Source: a virus. From it: a stretch of DNA of 64,000 nucleotides. Below, piece by piece: positions 8,038 to 16,071 of this stretch. The notes under the pieces are model-generated. The model was not told where the DNA came from and did no database searches. It saw only the letters and a program-made list of their open reading frames with translations. The stretch covers positions 1 through 64,000 of IMG/VR virus record IMGVR_UViG_3300025168_000067; one strand, written 5' to 3'. How positions within the stretch are numbered: position 1 is the stretch's first letter; each line of letters opens with the position of its first letter. The position numbers and the translations under genes are program-made.

Positions 8038-11000
8038 ATGTCAGTAAAGAATTTTAAGTTTGTATCGCCCGGGGTTTTCATTAACGAAATTGATAACTCG
8101 TATCTCCCAAAGACAGTTGAGGCCATCGGCCCCGTCATTGTAGGCCGCTCTGCACGAGGCTTAGCTATGCAGCCAATAAAAGTAGAATCATATTCTCAGT
8201 TTGTAGATATGTTCGGCGACACGGTGGCAGGTGGTTCAAATAATGATGTATATCGTGATGGAAACTATGTTTCTCCGATGTATGGCACTTATGCTGCAAA
8301 AGCTTTTTTGAGATCAGGAGTTGGCCCAGTCACATACATTCGCCTTCTTGGGCAGCAGACATCAGCCGGCAGCACTGCAGGCCTGGACGCTGCAGCCGGC
8401 TGGAAAACCACTGAAGACCTAGACCGCGACTCCAACACAGCCGGCGGCGCATATGGCCTCTTTGTATGTACTTCAGGATCGGACACAGACTGTTCAAGTG
8501 ATGGTAAAGAACTACACTTAGCAGCCACATTCTATATGAACTCGGGCTCTCTTAGCCTTGTCGGCCCTGTGCGTGGCGCGGGGGCTGGTGGAGACACCGC
8601 CCTCGGCATGACAGCCTCACTCGGTACGTATAATGGTCGCGGCCTAGTATTGGGTATGGATAGTGACAACCTATTCACTATTGAATATAGTGGCTCTAAC
8701 ACTTCTTCCCCGAAAAGAGTCAAGTTTAACTTTAATGACAATAGCGATAAATTCATCAGAAAAAGGTTCAACACAAACCCTCAGCTATTAACCACCGCCG
8801 GCGCTTTTTATCCCGCAGCCACAGTTGATGATGTTTGGATTGGAGAAACGTTTGAACAAGAACTAAGAGACCGCGATCTGGACACTGCAGCCCTTCAAGG
8901 AGTAATTCTTGGAATTGGGCTAAGTGGCTCAGCCGCGACCGGCCCACAAAACATGAAGAAGCAAGCTTCTCGCGAGGCGGTTGCAGGTTGGTTTATTGGC
9001 CAAGACTTAAGTGGAGACCCGACATCCTACATTCCACAACTACAACAGAAGCTGTTTAAGTTGGTTGGCCGCGGCCACGGAGAGTGGTTGCACAAAAACG
9101 TGAAAGTTTCCATCGAAGACATACGACAGTCAAATACCAACGCAACCGAATACGGTTCTTTCTCGGTGGTTCTGAGATCTCTCAGTGACACAGACAACAA
9201 TGTACAAATTATGGAAAGATTTGATAACTGTACTCTCGATCCCACAAGCCCCAGCTATGTTGCTCGCAAAATTGGCGATCAATATACAAGCTGGGACTCT
9301 GTTAGCCGTAGATTGAAGACATACGGAGATTATCCAAATAACTCAAGGTTTGTCTATGTAGAGGTTAATCCTGAAGTTGATTCGGCAGCCACAGACCCAC
9401 TTTATCTTCCATTTGGATTCTTCGGACCCCCCAAATTTACAGATGTTGCGGCTGCTAGTAATGCTGCGGGCTATGACGTCGGCTCTCACAAGAGTTTCGT
9501 CATCAACGCACAGGGTTTAAGCCCTAGTTGTACGCTTCTTTCGGGTGCGTTTGCACTTGCGGAAGGCTTTAAGGCCGCCCCCACACCGACGCAAGCCAAC
9601 GCCGCCGGCGCAACCAACCAATCACCGTTTCAGATCATGGTGGCGGGTGATGTAAGAGCGATTCCCGCGATAAGCGAAGACGCAACATTTGCAACACACC
9701 TTGGAGTCCGAGCAGTCACAGCATCTCTGATCTTCCCAGTTAATAGAAGCAGACTATCAGCCAGTGATGGAGGCTTAACAAACACCAAAAACGCATATTG
9801 GGGATTTTCAACCACGAGAGTTAGCTCCTCGACCAAAAACGACAATAGTGTTGCAGCCCCCAACAGACTACTATATGCAGGATTCCCCGATGATCCAACA
9901 GCTGGCACAAACGGCGCTATCGCTGCCTTCCATGCCAATGCCGGTATAGATTCATGGTCTTACGTTTTCTCATTGGACGACTTAGTTAGTGGCGACAATG
10001 GATTTTATTATCAATCAGGCTCTCGTGCAAACCAAGGCCTGGCAACAGCCGGCATTGCAGCCGGATCTGCCACATCAGCTAGCTGGACTCCGATCCTAGA
10101 CAACGAGCATAACAGATTCACTGCACCTTTCTGGGGTGGCTTTGATGGCTGGGACATTCAGAAACCCGATCCGCTTTATAATGAAGGTATGGGTTCCTCA
10201 GTAACTGAAGACACAAGTTATGCGTATCACACCTGGCGCCGAGCATTCGACACAGCTGCAGATCCAGAATATGTTGATATGAATCTTATGGTGGCCCCTG
10301 GCCTTACCAACACCTCTTTAACTGAACACATGATAAACATGTGCGAGGATAGAGGAGACGCCATGGCGCTTGTAGATCTTCCCAGTGTATACATCCCTCC
10401 TCATGAGAAATATTATTCTGATAAATCATCTCGCCGCGGCACAACTCCACAAACAGCGGTTAATGACTTAAAAGACAGAAGAATTGACTCTTCATATGGA
10501 GCCACATTCTACCCATGGGTCCAAACAAGAGACGCCGCAACAGGGAGAATGTTGTGGATCCCACCCAGTGTCGCCATGATAGGTGTTCTGGGCAGTTCTG
10601 AGGCCAAAACAGCTGTTTGGTTTGCTCCTGCTGGCTTTAACCGCGGCGGCCTAACAGAAGGCGCTGCAGGTCTCCCAATTACAAGTGTAACCGAACGACT
10701 TACATCAAGAGATCGCGATCTATTGTACGAGGCAAAAATTAATCCAATAGCTTCATTCCCCAACACAGGGATTGTGGTATTCGGACAAAAGACTCTGCAA
10801 GACGGCGCCTCTGCGCTAGATAGAATTAACGTACGCAGACTGTCCATCTATCTTAAGAAGCAGATTTCAATCATCTCGGCCCAAATATTGTTTGAACAAA
10901 ATGTTCAAGCAACATGGGATAGGTTCAAAGGATTGGTCGAACCATTCTTGGCAAACGTCAAGACAAAGTTCGGCATCACAGATTATAAACTGATTCTTGA

Positions 11001-11136
11001 TGAATCAACTACCACCCCGGACTTAATCGACCAAAATATTTTGTATGCCAAAATAATGGTCAAACCGGCCCGGGCCATTGAATATATTGCTATTGATTTT
11101 GTTATTACATCAACTGGTGCATCATTTGATGACTAA
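8038..11136 (+). CDS. Contractile tail sheath protein 1 (gp18-like)
   Basis: Motifs SPGVFINEID, WFAPAGFNRG, FGQKTLQ, DRINVRRL, KPARAIEYI. Confidence 0.96.
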   Translation: MSVKNFKFVSPGVFINEIDNSYLPKTVEAIGPVIVGRSARGLAMQPIKVESYSQFVDMFGDTVAGGSNNDVYRDGNYVSPMYGTYAAKAFLRSGVGPVTYIRLLGQQTSAGSTAGLDAAAGWKTTEDLDRDSNTAGGAYGLFVCTSGSDTDCSSDGKELHLAATFYMNSGSLSLVGPVRGAGAGGDTALGMTASLGTYNGRGLVLGMDSDNLFTIEYSGSNTSSPKRVKFNFNDNSDKFIRKRFNTNPQLLTTAGAFYPAATVDDVWIGETFEQELRDRDLDTAALQGVILGIGLSGSAATGPQNMKKQASREAVAGWFIGQDLSGDPTSYIPQLQQKLFKLVGRGHGEWLHKNVKVSIEDIRQSNTNATEYGSFSVVLRSLSDTDNNVQIMERFDNCTLDPTSPSYVARKIGDQYTSWDSVSRRLKTYGDYPNNSRFVYVEVNPEVDSAATDPLYLPFGFFGPPKFTDVAAASNAAGYDVGSHKSFVINAQGLSPSCTLLSGAFALAEGFKAAPTPTQANAAGATNQSPFQIMVAGDVRAIPAISEDATFATHLGVRAVTASLIFPVNRSRLSASDGGLTNTKNAYWGFSTTRVSSSTKNDNSVAAPNRLLYAGFPDDPTAGTNGAIAAFHANAGIDSWSYVFSLDDLVSGDNGFYYQSGSRANQGLATAGIAAGSATSASWTPILDNEHNRFTAPFWGGFDGWDIQKPDPLYNEGMGSSVTEDTSYAYHTWRRAFDTAADPEYVDMNLMVAPGLTNTSLTEHMINMCEDRGDAMALVDLPSVYIPPHEKYYSDKSSRRGTTPQTAVNDLKDRRIDSSYGATFYPWVQTRDAATGRMLWIPPSVAMIGVLGSSEAKTAVWFAPAGFNRGGLTEGAAGLPITSVTERLTSRDRDLLYEAKINPIASFPNTGIVVFGQKTLQDGASALDRINVRRLSIYLKKQISIISAQILFEQNVQATWDRFKGLVEPFLANVKTKFGITDYKLILDESTTTPDLIDQNILYAKIMVKPARAIEYIAIDFVITSTGASFDD

Positions 11137-11182
11137 TACTTATGAATTGACTAATTAATTTAGATTAAAGGAGAAACTAATA

Positions 11183-11761
11183 ATGCCATTCTGGTCAACA
11201 AACTTTGGAGCTGATACGACGCTAAAAGATCCAAAAAGAAAATTCAGATTTACAGTGTCTTTCACGGGATTAACCCCGTCCGTTCTTTGGTACGCAAAGA
11301 CGATTTCAAAGCCATCTTTCCAGATAGCTACCTCGGAGCACAAGTATTTAAACCATACTTTCTACTACCCGGGTTCAGTTACTTGGCAAGATGTCACATT
11401 AACGTTGGTTGATCCGGCAGAACCAGACGTGGCCGCCACACTCTCCGACATTATCACACAGTCAGGCTATTCGCCTCCTACCGATTCTACAAATGAAAGT
11501 ATGGGCACGATGTCGAAGGCAAAAGCCGCCGGCGCGCTGGGATCTGTGGTAATCGCTCAGTTAGATTCAGATGGCAAGCCACTTGAAACATGGACCCTAT
11601 GGAACGCCTTTATCACAGAAGTGAAATATGGCGATCTTGAGTACGGCGGAGATGACTTGACAGAAATGTCACTTACTCTCAAGTATGATTGGGCTCGTGT
11701 TGAAACCAAGGGCAAATCCATCACTGTAAACGGTGGTGGAGACACATTCTTCAACGCATAA
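11183..11761 (+). CDS. Tail tube protein (gp19-like)
   Basis: Motifs DPKRKFRF, YPGSVTWQDVTLTLVD, WTLWNAF, LKYDWA; lies between the two sheath genes. Confidence 0.92.
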   Translation: MPFWSTNFGADTTLKDPKRKFRFTVSFTGLTPSVLWYAKTISKPSFQIATSEHKYLNHTFYYPGSVTWQDVTLTLVDPAEPDVAATLSDIITQSGYSPPTDSTNESMGTMSKAKAAGALGSVVIAQLDSDGKPLETWTLWNAFITEVKYGDLEYGGDDLTEMSLTLKYDWARVETKGKSITVNGGGDTFFNA

Positions 11762-11784
11762 AAAATAACTAAGGAAACCTTTAC

Positions 11785-14700
11785 ATGTCAGTCAAAAGCT
11801 TTAAGTTTATATCGCCGGGCGTTTTTATTCACGAAATCGATAACTCCGGAATTCCCAACATAGCGGAAGCCATCGGCCCCACAGTTATGGGCCGTTCATC
11901 GCGCGGATTGGCGATGCAACCAGTAAAGGTCAATTCATATTCAGAATTTATCGATATGTTCGGTAACGCGGTTCCCGGTGGTTCCAATGACGATGTATAT
12001 AGGAAAGGAAACTACTCATCTCCGATGTACGGGACATATGCAGCAAATGCATTCTTGAGGTCCGGAGTCGCCCCCCTTACTTATGTCCGCCTTCTAGGCC
12101 AGCAAACGACCGTCGGCTCTGCCGCCGGCGGAGACGCAGCAGCAGGCTGGAAGACGACGCAGAACGTATCAACCACTCCGACAGCGACCGGAGGAGCTTT
12201 TGGCCTCTTTGTGTGCGCTAGCGGTTCCGGCGTAGATATGACTGGAGATTCTTGGAGCACAAGCGCCCTACACTTAGCTGCAGTATTTTATATGAACAGC
12301 GGCTCAATGCACCTCTCAGGCACCGCTAGAGGCGCCGGCGGTACCGAAGCCCTCGGTACAAATGAGCCGAATCTCGGCGCTGAAGGCATAGGTATGGTAA
12401 TCGGAATGGCCGATGGACTGTTTAGTCTCGTGGTGTCAGGATCCAATAAGGGCGCAGATCCCGAACCTGCAAACAAGGCAAGAGTACTTAAGTTTAATTT
12501 TGACGACTCTAGTGACAAGTTTATCCGCAAAAGCGTTAATACGAACCCACAACTCCTCTCGACTGCAGCCGCATTTTTCCCTGCAAGCACAACAGAAGAT
12601 GTTTGGCTTGGAGAAACGTTCGAGCAAGAATTAAGAGATCTTGGCCTCGCCACAGCCACAACGCTTCAAGGAACAATTCTTCCGATCGCGAAGAGTGGCT
12701 CTGTTGGTGTTGGCCCCCAAAACATGAAAGCACAAGCCTCTAGAGAGGCAGTTGCTGGTTGGTTTATTGGCCAAGACTTGAGTGGAAATCCCACCAGTTA
12801 CGACGCTAAGAATCAGCAAAAACTGTTTAGACTCAAAGGCCGCGGCCATGGCGAGTGGCTTCACAAGAACGTGAAGGTTTCGATCGAAAAGATCCGCGCA
12901 TCCAACTCGACAGTAACCGATTACGGTACTTTCTCGGTAGTTCTCCGGAATGTCAATGATACCGACAACACCGTACAAGTTCTAGAGAGATTCGACAGCT
13001 GCAATCTCGATCCATCAAGTCCGAGCTTCATTGCGCGCAAGATCGGAGATAAATACAAATCATGGGATACTACAGCAAAGACATTGAAAGAATACGGAGA
13101 ATATCCAAATCTATCGAAATTTGTATATGTAGAGATCAACCCAGAAGTTGATTCTGCCGCAACGGATCCGACTTGCTTGCCGTTTGGCTACTTCGGACCT
13201 CCCGGTCTTGCTTCCGTGAATTCTGGTTCTTCAATTGTGCCGAATCGCGATGGAGCTACTGACGCTGCCAGCGCGGTCTATGCTTCAAACAATAACACGT
13301 TTATTCTTGGGAATAGTAATGTCAATCAGAAAATGGCCACCCTCCAGCGATTTTCCCCCGCCGGCGCCTCAGTCGAAAGCACCGAAAACCTTATTTTAGT
13401 TAGAGATAGCATACAAGCCGGCGTAACCAACAAGACACGCTTTCGGCCAGTAACTGCATCCATCCACTTCCCGAAAGACAGACTTCGCATATCTGCCAGT
13501 GCCGGAGGATTATCCGACACAAAAGATGCATATTGGGGTTGGTCCACGACACGCAAAGCAGCGAATTCCATTCCTGACGCATCCGTAATCGACTGGCACC
13601 GTCTATTGTACGCAGATTTCCCAGTAGATCCAACGGCCGGCACCGATGGTGCTGTGGGCAGCGTTGATGCTACAGCCGGCGTTAAAGCCTGGTCATATAT
13701 CTTCTCCTTAGATGACATTGTATCCGGAGCAAATGGATATATCTATCACTCTGGCTCGCGCCGAGCAGAAGCATCAGCAACCTCAGCTAGCTACACTTCA
13801 ATATTGAACAATGGAGTTGATAGATTTACAGCCCCGTTCTGGGGTGGCGCCGATGGGTTCGACATCCAGAAGCCCGATCCGCTTTATAATGAGCAGTGGA
13901 GAGGCGCATCTCCCACAGAAGACACAAGCTACGCATATCACACCTGGAAACGTGCAATCGACACGATCTCGGATCCAGAAGTTACTGACATGAATGTACT
14001 GACAGCACCCGGCCTCACACAAGCCACCTTAACAGAACATATGATTACAACTTGTGAGGCCCGCGGCGACAGCATGGCGCTGATCGACCTACCAGATATA
14101 TATTTGCCGACTCACGAAGTCTATAAGTCTTCGAAGAAAGAAAGAGTGGGAACTACACCGGCCCAATCAGTTAATAACTTTAAAGATAGAAGAATCGACT
14201 CATCATACGGCGCGACATTCTACCCGTGGGTTCAAACAAGAGATGAAAACACCGGCCGCCTCCTGTGGATTCCGCCAAGCGTAGCCGCTTTGGGAGTGCT
14301 AGGTAGCTCAGAGAGAAAAACACAAGTTTGGTTCTCAGCCGCCGGATACAACCGCGGAAGCTTATCAAATGGCGCTGCTGGAATAACTGTAACAGGTGTT
14401 TCAGAGAGATTGTCTTCTAAAGAAAGGGACGCTCTTTATAAGGGTAGAATTAATCCAATTGCCAACTTTGTTGATACAGGAATTGTAATATTCGGACAAA
14501 AGACCTTACAAGCTAGAAAATCAGCACTTGACAGAATCAATGTCCGGAGACTGGTGATTCATATGAAGAAGCAGATATCTGTAATTTCTTCACAGATACT
14601 TTTCGAACAAAATGTTCAAGCAACGTGGGATAGGTTTAAGGGCTTAGTGGAGCCATTCCTTTCAAATGTCAAAGTCGAGTATGGTATCACAGATTACAGA

Positions 14701-14847
14701 CTAATCTTGGATGAAACAACCACCACTCCTGATTTGATTGACCAAAACATCCTATACGCCAAGATTATGATTAAGCCTGCACGAGCAATCGAGTTTATAG
14801 CAATTGACTTTGTTATTGCTTCGACCGGCGCATCATTCGACGATTAA
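11785..14847 (+). CDS. Contractile tail sheath protein 2 (gp18-like paralogue)
   Basis: Colinear with sheath 1 from MSVKxFKFxSPGVF to STGASFDD. Confidence 0.95.
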   Translation: MSVKSFKFISPGVFIHEIDNSGIPNIAEAIGPTVMGRSSRGLAMQPVKVNSYSEFIDMFGNAVPGGSNDDVYRKGNYSSPMYGTYAANAFLRSGVAPLTYVRLLGQQTTVGSAAGGDAAAGWKTTQNVSTTPTATGGAFGLFVCASGSGVDMTGDSWSTSALHLAAVFYMNSGSMHLSGTARGAGGTEALGTNEPNLGAEGIGMVIGMADGLFSLVVSGSNKGADPEPANKARVLKFNFDDSSDKFIRKSVNTNPQLLSTAAAFFPASTTEDVWLGETFEQELRDLGLATATTLQGTILPIAKSGSVGVGPQNMKAQASREAVAGWFIGQDLSGNPTSYDAKNQQKLFRLKGRGHGEWLHKNVKVSIEKIRASNSTVTDYGTFSVVLRNVNDTDNTVQVLERFDSCNLDPSSPSFIARKIGDKYKSWDTTAKTLKEYGEYPNLSKFVYVEINPEVDSAATDPTCLPFGYFGPPGLASVNSGSSIVPNRDGATDAASAVYASNNNTFILGNSNVNQKMATLQRFSPAGASVESTENLILVRDSIQAGVTNKTRFRPVTASIHFPKDRLRISASAGGLSDTKDAYWGWSTTRKAANSIPDASVIDWHRLLYADFPVDPTAGTDGAVGSVDATAGVKAWSYIFSLDDIVSGANGYIYHSGSRRAEASATSASYTSILNNGVDRFTAPFWGGADGFDIQKPDPLYNEQWRGASPTEDTSYAYHTWKRAIDTISDPEVTDMNVLTAPGLTQATLTEHMITTCEARGDSMALIDLPDIYLPTHEVYKSSKKERVGTTPAQSVNNFKDRRIDSSYGATFYPWVQTRDENTGRLLWIPPSVAALGVLGSSERKTQVWFSAAGYNRGSLSNGAAGITVTGVSERLSSKERDALYKGRINPIANFVDTGIVIFGQKTLQARKSALDRINVRRLVIHMKKQISVISSQILFEQNVQATWDRFKGLVEPFLSNVKVEYGITDYRLILDETTTTPDLIDQNILYAKIMIKPARAIEFIAIDFVIASTGASFDD

Positions 14848-14904
14848 AATTAAAAAGTTTAAATAAATTGACTATTCATATATAATACTTAAGAGAGGTG
14901 AAAT

Positions 14905-15774
14905 TTGTCAAGAAATAGAGGTCGTACCGACGGCATGCAACCAGCACGCCCGGAAGACACCAATACTCCAGCCCAGCATCTGGCTAATAATGCTGAAAAT
15001 GCAACTCCGTTTTCATTTGTGGTTCCAACCGAATTTGTGGATTTGCCATCTGGTGGCAAGCACTATGCGCCAGGCCACCCCCTACATGGGGTCGATAGCA
15101 TTGAGATAAAGCAGATGACCGCAAAAGAAGAAGATATACTGACATCCAGGACGCTTCTTAAGAAGGGTGTTGCGCTAGACAGAATGATTCAAAGCGTTAT
15201 ACTTAATAAAAGTATTGATCCAAAGTCTTTGCTTGTTGGTGACAGAAATGCTATCTTGGTATCAATTCGAGTATCTGGATATGGTAATGAATACTCCACT
15301 AATATCGCGTGTCCGGATTGTGGTGTAAATCAGCAATATACATTCGATCTGAACGACACCAACACATATGTTGGAGATGATATCGAGGAATTAAAAGTAT
15401 TTCAAGTTGCTGAAGGCGTTTTTTCAACGACTCTTCCGCTAACTGGTATTGAGGTTGCATTTAAACTGTTAGACGGTTATGATGAAAAGAGGCTGGCCGA
15501 TGGTATTGAGCACGATAGGAAGAAGAGAAACGATAAAGTTATTACCAGACAACTAAGAACTATGATAATATCAGTAAAAGAAGACACTTCGAAAGAGGTT
15601 ATTAATTATTTAGTAGAGAACATTCCATCAATGGATTCTCGACACTTAAGAATGGCTTATAAAGCAGCCGCCCCTAACCTAGATTTATCACAAAATTTTG
15701 AATGTTCCGAGTGCGAATACGATCAAAAAATTGAGGTTCCGCTTAATGCGGACTTTTTTTGGCCTGACCGATGA
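14905..15774 (+). CDS. Baseplate hub/tail assembly chaperone (T4 gp26-like)
   Basis: Motifs LPSGG, MTAKEEDIL, two CxxC pairs, C-terminal DFFWP; TTG start with GAGG RBS. Confidence 0.85.
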   Translation: MSRNRGRTDGMQPARPEDTNTPAQHLANNAENATPFSFVVPTEFVDLPSGGKHYAPGHPLHGVDSIEIKQMTAKEEDILTSRTLLKKGVALDRMIQSVILNKSIDPKSLLVGDRNAILVSIRVSGYGNEYSTNIACPDCGVNQQYTFDLNDTNTYVGDDIEELKVFQVAEGVFSTTLPLTGIEVAFKLLDGYDEKRLADGIEHDRKKRNDKVITRQLRTMIISVKEDTSKEVINYLVENIPSMDSRHLRMAYKAAAPNLDLSQNFECSECEYDQKIEVPLNADFFWPDR

Positions 15775-16009
15775 GTACATGGAGAACGTGTATGAGCAAT
15801 TTTTCTTTTTAAAATATAGCGGAGGATGGTCATTCTCCGAGGCCTATAATCTGCCTCTGGGGCTGCGTAGGTGGTTTGTTGAGAGATTAGCCAGCCAGAT
15901 TGAGAAAGAAAACGAAGCGATTGAGAGGGCTAGTGGTGGTGGTAATAATACACAAACACTGAGCAATGCCAATCAGCCAGCACCCCCTCCACAATATAGG
16001 GAAGACTAA
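15752..16009 (+). CDS. gp51-like tail/hub assembly protein, probably also a frameshift extension of the upstream gene
   Basis: Sequence YEQFFFLKYSGGWSFSEAYNLPLGLRRWFV; overlaps the upstream ORF at a T7 run. An independent ATG exists at 15779. Confidence 0.7.
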   Translation, partial: TFFGLTDEYMENVYEQFFFLKYSGGWSFSEAYNLPLGLRRWFVERLASQIEKENEAIERASGGGNNTQTLSNANQPAPPPQYRED

Positions 16010-16035
16010 AGCAAAGCTAGCCTTTGCTTTTTTTT
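16008..16035 (+). terminator. Intrinsic terminator
   Basis: AAAGCAAAG-CTAGC-CTTTGCTTT followed by a T-tract. Confidence 0.8.
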
Positions 16036-16071
16036 GTATAAACTATTTACGTTTAGAAGGTTCCCGAATAC

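Noticed and set aside
14868-14886. sigma70 promoter TTGACT...TATAAT
   Set aside because: The spacer is only 7 nt.
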